Below, in pieces: positions 7,684-19,035 of a stretch of DNA of 64,000 nucleotides. The DNA comes from an uncultured Actinomycetes bacterium (GTDB taxonomy: Bacteria > Actinomycetota > Thermoleophilia > UBA2241), in contig CAVYCN010000002.1 in NCBI GenBank assembly GCA_963767005.1, forward strand, positions 512,001-576,000. The letters are read 5' to 3'. The number at the start of each line of letters is the position of its first letter. The stretch's first letter is position 1. Both the position numbers and the translations under genes were made by a program. The notes under the pieces were generated by a model that was given only the letters and a program-made list of their open reading frames with translations, did not search any database and was not told where the DNA came from.

Positions 7684-9011
7684 GCCTCTCCCCCGCCGAG
7701 CGGGTTGCCGTTGCCGTTGCCGCCGTGGTTGTGGCCGCCGGCGCCCTCGTCGTCGAGCCAGTCGTCGAACCAGTCGCCAAGGTCGGCGACCGCGACGTCT
7801 TCTTCGTCGCCCGTGTCCAGGTCGCGCAGGCGGACCTCGCCCTCGGCGACGTCGTCGAGGCCGACGAGCAACGCGAGCTCGGCGCCGCTGCGACCGGCCT
7901 GTTTGAGCTGGGCCTTGGGGCTGCGGCCGGCGAGGTCGCACTCGGTGTCGACCAGGAGGTCGCGGCGCAGGAGCTGGGCCAGCGCGAAAGCGTCGGTGCG
8001 GCTCTCGGGCGTGAACGACACGACGTAGGCGAGCGGGCCTTCGTCCTCGGCCTCGTCGAAGCCGGCCACGAGGCCGACCCGCTCGAGGCCGCTGCCAAAG
8101 CCGAAGCCCGGCGTCGGCGGGCCGCCGATCAGCTCGACGAGGCCGTCGTAGCGCCCGCCGCCGCCGATCGTGCTCTGCGCGAACCCGAGCGCGTTGGACT
8201 GGTACTCGAAGGTCGTGCGCGTGTAGTAGTCGAGGCCGCGCACCAGGCGGAAGTCGAGCACCGGGTCGAGGCCGACGCGTCGCAGGAGGGCGAGCACCTC
8301 GTCGAAGTGACGGCGGCACGGCTCGCAGAGGTGGTCGACCAGGCGCGGCGCCTCGGCCATGATCGCCCGGCAGCTCTCGACTTTGCAGTCGAAGGTGCGC
8401 AGCGGATTGGTGCCGATGCGTTCGTTGCACTCGCCGCAGAGCTCGGCGGCGTGCTCGGTCAGGAACGCGCGCAGCAGCTCGACGTAGGCCGGCCGGCACT
8501 GACCGTCACCCATGCTGTTGACCGCCAGGGTGAGGTCGCCGATCTCGAGCTCGTCGTAGATCTGGCCGAGCATGGCGATGACCTCGGCGTCGACCAGGGG
8601 GTCGTCGGAACCGAGCGCCTCGGCGCCGAACTGGTAGTGCTCGCGGTAGCGCCCGGCCTGCGGGCGTTCGTAGCGGAACATCGGCGCGTAGTACCACAGC
8701 TTCACCGGCTTGGTCTGCTTGAACAGCCCGTGCTCGACGTAGGCGCGGCAGACTGGCGCCGTGCCCTCGGGACGCAGGGTCATCTCGCGCCCGCTGCGAT
8801 CGGTGAACGAGTACATCTCCTTGCGCACGATGTCGGTGGCGTCGCCGACGCCGCGCGCGAACAGACCGGTCTCCTCGAACTCGGGCGTCACGATCTGGCG
8901 GAAGCCATACGACGTGAAGACGTCGGCCGCCACGGCAACGATGTCGGCACGCCGCTCGGCGGCCGCCTGGATCAGGTCGTAGGTGCCCTTGGGGGCCTTG
9001 GGTGCGTTCAC
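7680..9011 (-). CDS. hisS: Histidine-tRNA ligase
   Basis: [36 protein letters not shown]. Confidence 0.97.
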   Translation of the reverse strand: MNAPKAPKGTYDLIQAAAERRADIVAVAADVFTSYGFRQIVTPEFEETGLFARGVGDATDIVRKEMYSFTDRSGREMTLRPEGTAPVCRAYVEHGLFKQTKPVKLWYYAPMFRYERPQAGRYREHYQFGAEALGSDDPLVDAEVIAMLGQIYDELEIGDLTLAVNSMGDGQCRPAYVELLRAFLTEHAAELCGECNERIGTNPLRTFDCKVESCRAIMAEAPRLVDHLCEPCRRHFDEVLALLRRVGLDPVLDFRLVRGLDYYTRTTFEYQSNALGFAQSTIGGGGRYDGLVELIGGPPTPGFGFGSGLERVGLVAGFDEAEDEGPLAYVVSFTPESRTDAFALAQLLRRDLLVDTECDLAGRSPKAQLKQAGRSGAELALLVGLDDVAEGEVRLRDLDTGDEEDVAVADLGDWFDDWLDDEGAGGHNHGGNGNGNPLGGGEA

Positions 9012-9673
9012 CAGCGATGCTCCGGGTCGTAGCGCAGGGGCGCGAGGAACGGGTTGAGGGCAAGCTCGCGGCCGAGCGACGTGTCGGGTCCGTGGCCACA
9101 GTGCACGAGCGTGTCGGCCGGGAACCGGCGGATCAGGCCGGCGATCGAGTTCAGCAGCTCATCTGACGACCCCCCGGGCAGGTCGGTGCGCCCGACGCTG
9201 CCCTGGAAGAGCAGGTCGCCCGAGAAGAGGTGGCCCTCGACGGAGAACGAGACCGAGCCGGGCGAGTGGCCCGGGGTCGGGATGGCGGTGAGCGGCACGA
9301 CCAGGTCGAGCTCGCGCTCGCCGTCGATCAGCACCGGGTCGACCGACACCGCCTCGACGGGAAAGCCGGCGAGCGGGCCGCTGGCCGGTCGGGCGAGCAG
9401 GCCGGCGTCGGCCGCGCCGCAGTAGACCGGCACGCCGTAGCGCCGGGCGAGGGCATCGACCGCGCCGATGTGGTCGAAGTGGCCGTGCGTGACAAGGACG
9501 GCCTGCGGTGTCGCCCTCACCTCGTCGAAAGCGCCGACGAGGGCGTCGCCTTCGTCGCCGGGGTCGATGACGAGCGCCCGCCCGCCGCTCACCAGGATGA
9601 AGCAGTTCGCGGCGAGCGGTCCGAGGGTCAGCATGAAAACGTCGAAGTGATCGGCCATCTGGAGTTCCTTCAC
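9008..9673 (-). CDS. MBL-fold metallo-hydrolase (glyoxalase II/YcbL-like)
   Basis: THGHFDH, TPGHSPG, SGDLLF, GRTDLPGG, GHG; conserved position between rel and hisS. Confidence 0.92.
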   Translation of the reverse strand: MKELQMADHFDVFMLTLGPLAANCFILVSGGRALVIDPGDEGDALVGAFDEVRATPQAVLVTHGHFDHIGAVDALARRYGVPVYCGAADAGLLARPASGPLAGFPVEAVSVDPVLIDGERELDLVVPLTAIPTPGHSPGSVSFSVEGHLFSGDLLFQGSVGRTDLPGGSSDELLNSIAGLIRRFPADTLVHCGHGPDTSLGRELALNPFLAPLRYDPEHRW

Positions 9674-9778
9674 GTCACGGACGAACGGCAGCCGCTTACG
9701 CTATCAGGAGCGCCGGGCGGTCGTCGAGCGACGTGGCCCGCCCGGCCGGCCGGCACCGGCCCGGCGCGCCCCGCGTGG

Positions 9779-12049
9779 TCAGCTCGACACCACGCGGTAG
9801 GCGTCGTACACGGTGCCGATCGCCTTGAGGTTCATGATGATGTTGGCGAGCTGGTGGACGTCGCCGATCTCGAGCACGAAGCGGTCGCGCACGATGCCGT
9901 CGGGCAGGGTCTGCACCGCCGCGCCGATGATGTTGACGCCCGAGTCGGACAGCGTGCGGGCGATCTCTTCGAGCAGGTGGTTGCGGTCGAGCGCCTCGAC
10001 CTGGATCTCGACGCGGAAGGCCTGGGCGCCGAGACCCTCCCAGCTCACCGTCGTGAAGCGCTCCGGGTTCTTGCCGCGCAACGCGCTCGCGTTCTTGCAC
10101 TCCGAGCGGTGGATGGTCACGCCCTTGCCGAGCGAGATGTAGCCGAGGATCTCGTCGCCGGGGATCGGCTTGCAGCACTTGGCCATGCGCACGACGATGT
10201 CGCTCATGCCCTCGACGGTGATGCCGAACTCGCTCGACGCGGCGCTCGCCAGGGCGCCCTGCTTGGGCTCGGTCGGCAGCATCTCGACCTCGGGCACCGC
10301 GGCCTTCTCGCCGCCGCTGCGCTGGAGCACCTTGGTCACCACGGCGCGCACCGGGATACGGCCCGAACCGAGCGCCGCGTAGAGGTCGTCGGCCTTCTGG
10401 TAGCCGAGGTCCTTGACCACACGCGGGAAGACGTCGGACGAGAGCAGCTTCTGGGCGGGCAGGCCCTGCCGCCGCAGCGTCTCCTGCAGCAGGTCGCGGC
10501 CCGAGTGCTCGGAGTCCTCGCGCTGCTCGCGCCGGAAGTGCTGGCGGATCTTCTGGCGGGCGCGCGGCGTGGTCGCGATGCCGAGCCAGTCGCGCGACGG
10601 CCCGCGACTCGAGCGTGAGGTGATGATCTCGATGATGTCGCCCGAGTTCAGGCGCGTGTGCAGCGGCACGATGCGACCGTTGACCTTGGCGCCCACGCAA
10701 TGGGCGCCGACGTCGGTGTGCACCGAGTACGCGAAGTCGATCGGCGTCGCGCCGGCCGGCAGGCTCTTGACCTCGCCCTTGGGCGTGAACACGAAGACCT
10801 CGTCCTCGAACAGGTCGATGCGCAGCGTGTCCATGAACTCGCGGGGGTCGCCGGCGGTCTCGGACTGCCACTCCATCATCTGCCGCAGCCAGGCCAGCTT
10901 GTCGGCCGGACGATCGCCGTCGCCCTTGGCCTTGTAGAGCCAGTGGGCCGCCACGCCGAACTCGGCCGTCTGGTGCATGTCGAACGTGCGGATCTGGATC
11001 TCGAGCGGCTTGCCGCCGGGCCCGATGACCGTCGTGTGCAGCGACTGGTACAGGTTGAACTTGGGCATCGCGACGTAGTCCTTGAAGCGCCCCGGGATCG
11101 GCTTCCAGACGGCGTGGATCACGCCGATCGCCCCGTAGCAGTCCTTGACCGTGTCGACCAGCACCCGCAGCGCGGTCAGGTCGAAGATCTCGTTGAACTC
11201 CTTGCCGCGGCGACTCATCTTCACGTAGATCGAGTAGAAGTGCTTGGCGCGGCCGGTGATCTCGGAACGGATGCCCACCTTGGAGAGCTCGTCCTCGAGG
11301 AAGCGCGCCGCGTCGTGGATGTACTCCTCGCGGTCGGCCCGGCGCTGCGACACCAGGCGCTCGATCTCGCCGTACTTGCGCGGATGGAGGGTCGAGAACG
11401 CGAGGTCCTCGAGCTGCCACTTGACGCTGTTGATGCCGAGGCGATGGGCGAGCGGCGCGTAGATCTCGAGCGTCTCCTTGGCCTTCTGGATCTGCTTCTG
11501 CTTGCCCAGGTAGCAGAGCGTGCGCATGTTGTGCAGACGGTCGGCGAGCTTGATCAGGATGACGCGGATGTCCTCGGCCATCGCCACGATCATCTTGCGG
11601 TAGTTCTCGGCCTGCTCCTCTTCGGTCGAGGTGAAGCTGATCTTGGTCAGCTTGGTGACGCCGTCGACGAGCATGGCGATCTCGTCGCCGAAACGCGCCC
11701 GGATCTCGTCGATCGGCGTGTCGGAGTCTTCGACCACGTCGTGCAGCAGGGCGGCGGCGATGGTGGCGTCGTCCAAGCGCAGCTCGGCGCAGAAGATGGC
11801 CGTGCCGACGGGATGGTTGATGAAGGCCTCGCCGCTCTTGCGGCTCTGGCCGCCGTGCTTGATGCAGGCCATCTCGAAGGCGCGCGTGATCAGGCCCTCG
11901 TCGAGGGCAGGGTTGTAGACCGCGACCGCGGCCAGGACCCGCTCGAGCAGCTCGCGCTGGCGCTCGGCCTCGGGGGCCAGCGGCGCCGCTACAGGCGGAT
12001 CGTCAGGCAGTGCCTGAGAAACGTCGTCGTGTGGAATCGTTCGTGCCAT
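9779..12049 (-). CDS. rel: Bifunctional (p)ppGpp synthetase/hydrolase Rel (long RSH)
   Basis: RKSGEAFINHP, LLHDVVED (intact HD), IKLADRLHN, GRAKHFYSI, YQSLHT, EIQIRT; TGS (DFAYSVHT), CC and ACT domains. Start approximate. Confidence 0.96.
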   Translation of the reverse strand: MARTIPHDDVSQALPDDPPVAAPLAPEAERQRELLERVLAAVAVYNPALDEGLITRAFEMACIKHGGQSRKSGEAFINHPVGTAIFCAELRLDDATIAAALLHDVVEDSDTPIDEIRARFGDEIAMLVDGVTKLTKISFTSTEEEQAENYRKMIVAMAEDIRVILIKLADRLHNMRTLCYLGKQKQIQKAKETLEIYAPLAHRLGINSVKWQLEDLAFSTLHPRKYGEIERLVSQRRADREEYIHDAARFLEDELSKVGIRSEITGRAKHFYSIYVKMSRRGKEFNEIFDLTALRVLVDTVKDCYGAIGVIHAVWKPIPGRFKDYVAMPKFNLYQSLHTTVIGPGGKPLEIQIRTFDMHQTAEFGVAAHWLYKAKGDGDRPADKLAWLRQMMEWQSETAGDPREFMDTLRIDLFEDEVFVFTPKGEVKSLPAGATPIDFAYSVHTDVGAHCVGAKVNGRIVPLHTRLNSGDIIEIITSRSSRGPSRDWLGIATTPRARQKIRQHFRREQREDSEHSGRDLLQETLRRQGLPAQKLLSSDVFPRVVKDLGYQKADDLYAALGSGRIPVRAVVTKVLQRSGGEKAAVPEVEMLPTEPKQGALASAASSEFGITVEGMSDIVVRMAKCCKPIPGDEILGYISLGKGVTIHRSECKNASALRGKNPERFTTVSWEGLGAQAFRVEIQVEALDRNHLLEEIARTLSDSGVNIIGAAVQTLPDGIVRDRFVLEIGDVHQLANIIMNLKAIGTVYDAYRVVSS

Positions 12050-14561
12050 CGGCGATACGTGGCGGAGGCGGTCAGGTCGACCTTGCCCTCCGCCTGTTCG
12101 ACTCCCTTCTTGCCGTGGCCGTCGGTCAGCAAACCGACCTCGGACAGCGTCGCGAGCGCGGCGGCCAGCGTCGCGAGGCCGGGCAGGCGACCCTGAGCGA
12201 GCAGCGCGGACATCGTATCGGCAGCCTCGTCGCCCGTCCCGAGGGCACGGTAGACGCGGCGGCACGCGGCGTCGAGGTCGTATCGGTCCGCTACGACGGC
12301 TCGCGTGAAGTCTACCTCAGCCTCGCCCCAGAGCGCCGAGACGCAGGCCTCTGGCGCGAGCGCGGTGAGCAGAACGGCGAGCAGGCCGCCGTCGAACGGC
12401 GGGTCGACGAGCGCGACGTGGTCGAACGCGGCCACGAGCTCGGGGCTGGCCGCCGCGGCCACGAGGTCGGCCATGACGATGTCGGGCTCGTCGACGGCCC
12501 CGTCGCCGCACACCGCGAGGCCGAGCCGGGCCGGCGCGCAGGCATCGTGCAGGTACAGGCACGAACGGCCGAGCTGCGGCAGGCAAACGTCGCGGGTGAG
12601 GAGCGGGCGCCGCGCGGCGACGTCGGCGACGAGCACGAGCACCCTCCCCCCCGCCGTGGCGAGGGCCGCCAGCGACGCGCCGAGCGGGCGGCGGCGGCGG
12701 TCGAAGAGGCGCCGCTCGCGGCGCAGGGCGGCGACCGTCGCCGCCGCCCCGTCGGCGCCGACCGCCCCCGGCAGGTCGAGGCCCTCGAGCGCCTCGAACA
12801 GCTCGTCGTCGGACACGAAGCTCGGGCACTCGGCGGCGCAGTCGGTCTCGCACAGGTCGACGGCCGGTCGCGCCACCTGGAAAGCGCCCTTGAGCTGCGC
12901 CTGGGGCCGTACCACGCCGTTGAAGGCGTTCTTGACGTAGCACACGGGCACGTCGTACAGCGCGCCAGGCTGCAGCTCGCACACCGCCGAGAAGCCGAAC
13001 CGCACCCCGGGCGCGCTCACGCCGTCGAGGCGCAGGTCGCACTGCAGGTGACGGCCGTTGCGCGTGAGCCGGCAGGCGCCGATCTGGGCGCCGTGCAGCA
13101 GCAGCAGCGGCCGCGGATTGCCGAGGCCGTGGGGCGCGAACAGGTCGAGCTCGTCGGTGAGACCGAGCGTGAGCTCGTCGCCGGCGGCCACGGCGTCGAC
13201 CGTGGTGACGCTGCGAAAGTCGGCTTCGCCGAGGCGCTCGCCGGCATAGCCGGCGAGCGCCTCGGCGAAGCCCGCCACGTCGGCGGCGCGCAGCTCGAGA
13301 CCGCAGGCGGCCCGGTGGCCGCCGTAGCGCACGAGACGGTCGGAGCAGGCGGCAACGCCCGCCAGCAGGTCGAAGGCGGCGATGCTGCGCCCGGAACCCT
13401 TGGCCACACCGTCGGCCTCGCAGAGCAGCACGGTGGGCCGGCCGGTCTGCTCGACCACGCGCGACGCGACGATGCCGATCACGCCGGGGTGCCAGTCGGG
13501 CGACGACAGCACGAGCGCCGCCGGGAGCGGCTCGGGCAGCGCGCCAGGGCCTCGCGCAGGATGACCTGCTCGATCTCCTGGCGCTCGGCGTTGAGCGCCC
13601 CCAGGCGCTGGGCGAGGGGCAGCGCGGCGGCGCGGTCGGGGGCGCCCAGCAGCTCGACCACCTGCGAGGCGTCGTCGAGCCGCCCGGCCGCGTTCAGCCG
13701 CGGCGCCAGGCGGAAGGCGACGGCGCCGGCGTCGACGTCGTCGGGCCGGGTGTCGCTCACCTCGAGGAGCGCGGCGAGGCCGGGGCGCGGCGCACTGCGC
13801 AGCCGGCCGACGCCCATGGCGACCAGGCTGCGGTTCTCGTCGCGCAGGGGCACGACGTCGGCCACCGTACCGACGGCCACGACGTCGAGGTAGGGCCGCA
13901 GCGCGAGCGGCAGCTCGACGCGGTCGTCGCGGCGGTCTTCGAGCAGGGCGTGGGCCAGCTTGAGCGCGACGCCGACGCCGGCGAGGTCGGGGAACGGATA
14001 CCGGCCGATCTTGGGGTCGATCACGATGCAGTCGGGCAGCGCCCCGATGGGCTCGTGATGGTCGGTCACGATGACGTCGAGGCCGAGGCTGCGGGCGTGC
14101 TCGACCTCGGCGCGCGCGCCGATCCCGCAGTCGACGGTGACGACCAGACCGGCGCCCGCCGCCGCGAGCTCGTCGAGCGCCTCGGGCGCGACGCCGTAGC
14201 CTTCGCTCAGCCGGTTGGGCAGCCGCCAGAGCACGTGGCCGCCCATCTGGCCGCCCAGGAAGTCGGCGAGCAGGAACGTCGCCGTGATGCCGTCGGCGTC
14301 GTAGTCGCCGTAGACGGCGATGGTCTCGCCCGCCGACAGGGCCCGGTCGATGCGCCTGCGGGCCTCGGCCACGCCGTCGAGCAGGTACGGGCTGTGCACG
14401 AGGTAGTCGGGATGCAGGAAGGCGCGCGCCGCCGCCGGGTCCGTCAGGCCGCGCCGCGCGAGGATCTCGGCCGTGACCCGGCCGACGCCCAGCTCGTCGG
14501 AAAGGACGGCGGCCGCGCGCAGGTCGACGGGCGCGATCTGCCAGGTCTGCTCTCTTGCCAC
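11989..14561 (-). CDS. recJ: ssDNA exonuclease RecJ with long C-terminal extension; 1-nt frameshift near 13541-13543
   Basis: YGDYDADG, TVDCG, TDHH, DLAGVG, APRLNAAGRL in ORF 13479..14561; WHPGVIGIVASR, KGSGRS, GGHRAACG (DHHA1) in ORF 11989..13512. Confidence 0.92.
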
Positions 14562-14609
14562 GAGTGCCAGTCTAGCGGAAGGCCGCGACAGAGGGAGCGC
14601 CGGTTCGCG

Positions 14610-14957
14610 TCAGCGCGGTTCGGGCGGAGCCGCCAAGCCGGCCGGCGCAGGCCCGCCGCCCTCGAGCGGCGCCGCGCCGGTGGAACCTGCCTCGGCGGCG
14701 CGCAGCCGGACATAGGTGCGTTCGAGCTCGTCGTGCAGCACCCGGCGGTCGCGACTCCGGCTCAGGTCGACGGCCACGCCCGACAGCACACCGACCACGA
14801 CGAGCAGGGCCGCGACGACGGCGGCGAGAGACAGCAGCGATACCTGATGCCACGTGCCGGCCACGTAGTCGAGGTCGACGCGCGAGCCGTGGCTCGCGAT
14901 ACCCACGGCGAGCACGGCGACGGCGAGGACGAGCAGCGCGGTGACGACGTTCTTCAT
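14610..14957 (-). CDS. LapA/DUF1049-like small membrane protein
   Basis: Two TM segments separated by VDLDY..W, then a charged helix; TATACT and SD GGAG upstream. Confidence 0.65.
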   Translation of the reverse strand: MKNVVTALLVLAVAVLAVGIASHGSRVDLDYVAGTWHQVSLLSLAAVVAALLVVVGVLSGVAVDLSRSRDRRVLHDELERTYVRLRAAEAGSTGAAPLEGGGPAPAGLAAPPEPR

Positions 14958-15032
14958 GGGGCGGCTCCGCTCTCGACGGTGGGCCGAGTATACCGCGCCG
15001 CCCGGCCGGCGGCCGGTCTTGCCGGCAAGCCG

Positions 15033-15998
15033 CTACGCCCCGGTCGTGACGCGGGCGGTCGCGCGGACACGGACCAGCCAGGCCTGGAGCAGCGCGGCCT
15101 GGCGCTCGCTCACGAGCTCGGCGACGATGGCCGGCCGCGCCGCGGCCAGCGACTGCGTGTGCGCCGCCCGGCGCCCCAGCACCTTCAGCACGTGCCACTC
15201 GCCGGCCGCCTTCACGGGGTGCAGGACGACGTCCGGGCGGGCGGTCGCGGCGGCCTTGGCGAGCGCCGCCGGCAGCGACGACGTCTCGACCCAGCCGAGC
15301 ACCCCACCGGCGGCCACCGACTCCGAGTCCATCGAGTAGGCCCGCGCCACCTCGGCGAAGGGGTAACCGAGCGCGAGCCGGCCGATCACCGCCTCGGCCA
15401 GCGACCGCGTCTTGACCACGATCTCCGCCAGCCGCACCGCGGCCGGCGTCGTGAGCTGCGCGCGATGCGCGTCGTAGAAGGCGCCGATCTGCCGCCGGCT
15501 GGGCACGACGTGCGGGAACTTGCGCGCGGCCAGGCGCTCCGCAAGCAGCCCGTCGCGCACCTCCTGCCGGTACTGGGCGAGGCTGACGCCCGCGGCGGAC
15601 AGCGCCGACTGCAGCGCCGCGCTGCCGCCCAGGCTGGTAGCGACCTGGTCGAGCCGGCCCTGGACGTCGGCCGCCGTCACGACGACGCCGAGCCGCACGG
15701 CCTCGGTGCGCAGCAGGTGCTGGCGGATGACGGCTTCGAGCGCCTGACGGTACGTCAGGGTCTGCGAGGACAGGCTCGCCATGGCGACGGTCAGGTCGAC
15801 CTCGCCGCGGGTGACCACCTGGCCGTTCACGTGGGCGACGACCGCCGCCGCGCTGGCGCGGCTGGGTGAGGTCGCGGGCGAGGGGCCGCCGCCGCAGCCG
15901 GCGAGCGCCGCGGCGACGAGCACGAGGACGCCCAGCGCCGTGACGACGCGCGGGCGCGCCGCACGCCGCCGGCAAGCAGGGGTATCGCAGGGTGCCAT
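15033..15998 (-). CDS. PrsA/SurA-like parvulin PPIase lipoprotein
   Basis: Lipobox ALAGC; VAHVNGQVVT SurA-N-like domain; FAEVARAYSMD...GGVLGW rotamase motif. Confidence 0.85.
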   Translation of the reverse strand: MAPCDTPACRRRAARPRVVTALGVLVLVAAALAGCGGGPSPATSPSRASAAAVVAHVNGQVVTRGEVDLTVAMASLSSQTLTYRQALEAVIRQHLLRTEAVRLGVVVTAADVQGRLDQVATSLGGSAALQSALSAAGVSLAQYRQEVRDGLLAERLAARKFPHVVPSRRQIGAFYDAHRAQLTTPAAVRLAEIVVKTRSLAEAVIGRLALGYPFAEVARAYSMDSESVAAGGVLGWVETSSLPAALAKAAATARPDVVLHPVKAAGEWHVLKVLGRRAAHTQSLAAARPAIVAELVSERQAALLQAWLVRVRATARVTTGA

Positions 15999-16020
15999 TC
16001 CCGTCCGGCCGCCAGTGCCG

Positions 16021-17037
16021 TCAGGCGTTCTTGGTGACGTGCCCGGCCTCGTCGTAGAGCGTCGGGAAGTAGCAGGCGACACGGTGACCGTCGCCGAGGT
16101 CGTCGATGGCCTCGAGCGGCGGCACCGCCTTGGTGCAGGGATCGGGCTGCATGCGCGGGCAGCGCGGGTGGAACACGCACCCGGACGGCGGGTTGGCCGG
16201 GCTCGGCACGTCGCCCTCGAGGATGAGACGGCGGCGCTCGCGCTCGGTGCGCGGATCGGGGATCGGCACGGCCGACAGCAGCGCCTCGGTGTAGGGGTGC
16301 TGTGGCCTGACGTACAGCACGGAGCTGTCGGCGATCTCGACGATCTTGCCCAGGTACATGACGGCGACGCGGTTCGAGATGTGCTTGACCACGGACAGGT
16401 CGTGCGCGATGAACAGGTACGTGAGCCTGAGGTCGCGCTGCAGGTCCTCGAGCAGGTTGATCATCTGGGCCTGGATGGAGACGTCGAGGGCGCTCACGGG
16501 CTCATCGCAGATGATGAGGCGCGGGTTGAGCGCGAGGGCGCGCGCCACGCCGATGCGCTGGCGCTGGCCGCCGGAGAACTCGTGCGGGTAGCGCTCGGCG
16601 TGCTCGACGGTCAGGCCGACCGTCTCGAGCAGCTCGAACACCCGGCGTTTGCGCTCGGCCTCGGTGCCGATCCCGTGGATGCGCAGCGGCTCCGCGATGA
16701 TGTCCTTCACGCGGCGGCGGGGATTGAGGCAGGCGTAGGGGTCCTGGAAGACGATCTGCATGTCGCGGCGCAAGCGCTGCAGCGCCGTGCGCGACGCGGC
16801 CATGACATCGGTGCCGTCGAACTTCACGTTGCCTGCCGTCGCCGGTAGCAGGCGCAGCAGGACCCGGCCGGTGGTCGACTTGCCGCAGCCGCTCTCGCCG
16901 ACCAGACCCAGCGTCTCGCCCTCGCCGATCGAGAACGACACGCCGTCGACCGCATAGACGTGACCGGTGGTGCGCTTGAGCACACCCGACTTGATCGGAA
17001 AGTGCTTCTTCAGGTCGGTGACCTCGAGGATGTTCAC
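16021..17037 (-). CDS. oppF: Oligopeptide ABC transporter ATPase (OppF/DppF)
   Basis: [44 protein letters not shown]; start GTG 17037. Confidence 0.93.
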   Translation of the reverse strand: MNILEVTDLKKHFPIKSGVLKRTTGHVYAVDGVSFSIGEGETLGLVGESGCGKSTTGRVLLRLLPATAGNVKFDGTDVMAASRTALQRLRRDMQIVFQDPYACLNPRRRVKDIIAEPLRIHGIGTEAERKRRVFELLETVGLTVEHAERYPHEFSGGQRQRIGVARALALNPRLIICDEPVSALDVSIQAQMINLLEDLQRDLRLTYLFIAHDLSVVKHISNRVAVMYLGKIVEIADSSVLYVRPQHPYTEALLSAVPIPDPRTERERRRLILEGDVPSPANPPSGCVFHPRCPRMQPDPCTKAVPPLEAIDDLGDGHRVACYFPTLYDEAGHVTKNA

Positions 17038-18059
17038 GAGGCGGCCTCGCGAAAGCGCGGCAGAGCGGCGCGGACCGCCTCGCGCTCGGCGGCCGGGACC
17101 CAGCAGTGCACGCCGTGGCCGGGGGCGACGATCTCGAGCGCGGGGAACTCGCCGCGGCACACCGGCATCTCGTAGGGGCAGCGCCCCGAGAACGGACAGC
17201 CGTCGGGCAGCAACAGCAGGTTGGGCGGCTGACCTTCGATCGGCGTGAGCCGCTGCTTCTGCGTCTCGTCGAGGCGCGGCAGCGAGCCCAGGAGGCCCCA
17301 CGTGTAGGGCTGCTGCGGGTTGTAGTACACATCGTCGACCGGGCCGTACTCGAGTGTATGGCCGCCGTACATGACCATGACCTTGTCGGCCATCTGGGCG
17401 ACCACGCCCAGGTCGTGCGTGATCATGATCACGCCGGTGTGATACTGGCCCTGCATGTCGCGGATGACGTCCATGATCTGCGCCTGGATCGTGACGTCGA
17501 GGGCGGTCGTGGGCTCGTCGGCGATCAGGATGTCGGGGTTGCACGAGATCGCCATGGCGATCATGGCGCGCTGCCGCATACCGCCCGAGAACTCGAACGG
17601 GTACTGGTCGACGCGCTTGTCCGGATCGGGGATGCCGACCTTGGCGAGCAGGTCGGTCGCCATGCGCCACGACTCGCGCTTGGACTTGCCCTGGTGGCGA
17701 CGGATGACCTCGGCGATCTGGTCGCCCACCTTGAACACGGGGTTCAGGCTCGTCATGGGGTCCTGGAAGATCATGGCGATGTCGTTGCCGCGGATCTCGC
17801 TCATCTCGGCCTTCGACACGGACAGGAGATCACGGTCCTTGTGGCTGATCGTACCGCCTACGACACGCCCCGGCGGGTCGGGGATCAGACGCATGACCGA
17901 CATCGCCGCGACCGTCTTGCCCGAACCCGACTCGCCGACGATGCCGAGCGTCTCGTCGCGGTCGAGCGTGAAGCTCACGCCGTTCACGGCCTTCACCACG
18001 CCGGCGTGCGTGAAGAAGTGCGTGGACAGGTCGGCGACTTCGAGGAGGCGTTCGGTCAT
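17034..18059 (-). CDS. oppD: Oligopeptide ABC transporter ATPase (OppD/DppD)
   Basis: [27 protein letters not shown]; start ATG 18059. Confidence 0.93.
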   Translation of the reverse strand: MTERLLEVADLSTHFFTHAGVVKAVNGVSFTLDRDETLGIVGESGSGKTVAAMSVMRLIPDPPGRVVGGTISHKDRDLLSVSKAEMSEIRGNDIAMIFQDPMTSLNPVFKVGDQIAEVIRRHQGKSKRESWRMATDLLAKVGIPDPDKRVDQYPFEFSGGMRQRAMIAMAISCNPDILIADEPTTALDVTIQAQIMDVIRDMQGQYHTGVIMITHDLGVVAQMADKVMVMYGGHTLEYGPVDDVYYNPQQPYTWGLLGSLPRLDETQKQRLTPIEGQPPNLLLLPDGCPFSGRCPYEMPVCRGEFPALEIVAPGHGVHCWVPAAEREAVRAALPRFREAAS

Positions 18060-18061
18060 GC

Positions 18062-19030
18062 CTATTCCTTGAGCTTGGGGTCGGTCGCGTCGCGCAGGCC
18101 GTTGCCGAACGAGATGAAGCCGAACACCGTGATCACGAGAGCGAGGCAGGGGAACAGCTCCATCCACCACTGCCCGGCTTGCAGGTAGTTCAGGTAGTCC
18201 GAGATCATGTTGCCCCAGCTCGCGTTCGGCGGTTGCACACCGATCCCGAGGAAGCTCAGCGCCGCCTCGGTGACGATGGCGCCGCCGACGCCCATGGCGG
18301 TCGCGACGTAGACGGGGGCCATGCTGTTGGGCAGCACGTGGCCGAACACGATGCGCAGGTCGCTCGCGCCGGCCGCCTTGGCGGCCTCGATGTACTCCTG
18401 CGTCTTCACCGACAGCACGGTGCCGCGCACGATGCGGGCATAGGACGCCCAGCTCAGGATGCCGATCGCGACGAACACGTTGCGGAAGCTCGGCCCGAGA
18501 ACCACCACGAGCAGCATCACGAAGAGGATGTACGGGAAGGCGAAGAAGACGTCGGCGACGCGCATGATGGCCGAGTCGATGCTGCCGCCGTAGTAGCCGG
18601 CGACCGGCCCCAGGCCAAGCCCCAGGGCAAGCGAGATGCTCACCGCGATCACGCCGACGAGCAGCGAGATGCGCGAAGCGACCAGGGTGCGCGACAGGAC
18701 GTCGCGGCCGATGTAGTCGGTGCCGAACAGATGGTGCAGCGAGGGCGGCGCCTTGGCGATCGAGTAGTCGACGGCGTTCGGGTTGAAGGGCGCGAGGTAG
18801 CCGCCGTGGAGGCCCGTCACCCAGAAGACGATCTCGACGAGGCCGACGATGGTGAACACCATCACGATGCCGAGTCCGACGAGCGCCAGCCTGTTGCGCC
18901 TGAGACGGCGCCAGGTGTCGGCCCACAGGCCGAGCGGCTTGACCTCGAGTGGCTCCTGCTCGGAGCCGACCGGGAGCGGCGCAGTGGCCTGTGGCTCGGC
19001 GGAGGGCGGTCCGTATCCGATGGCGCTCAC
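18062..19030 (-). CDS. oppC: Oligopeptide ABC permease OppC/DppC
   Basis: FGTDYIGRDV, EYIEAAKAAG (EAA loop), EAALSFLGIG..WGNMI. Confidence 0.93.
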   Translation of the reverse strand: MSAIGYGPPSAEPQATAPLPVGSEQEPLEVKPLGLWADTWRRLRRNRLALVGLGIVMVFTIVGLVEIVFWVTGLHGGYLAPFNPNAVDYSIAKAPPSLHHLFGTDYIGRDVLSRTLVASRISLLVGVIAVSISLALGLGLGPVAGYYGGSIDSAIMRVADVFFAFPYILFVMLLVVVLGPSFRNVFVAIGILSWASYARIVRGTVLSVKTQEYIEAAKAAGASDLRIVFGHVLPNSMAPVYVATAMGVGGAIVTEAALSFLGIGVQPPNASWGNMISDYLNYLQAGQWWMELFPCLALVITVFGFISFGNGLRDATDPKLKE

Positions 19031-19035
19031 GGCTG

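Noticed and set aside
11989-14561. recJ and mnmA as true pseudogenes
   Set aside because: Each internal break is one small indel in a GC micro-repeat with all motifs intact; assembly error is more parsimonious.
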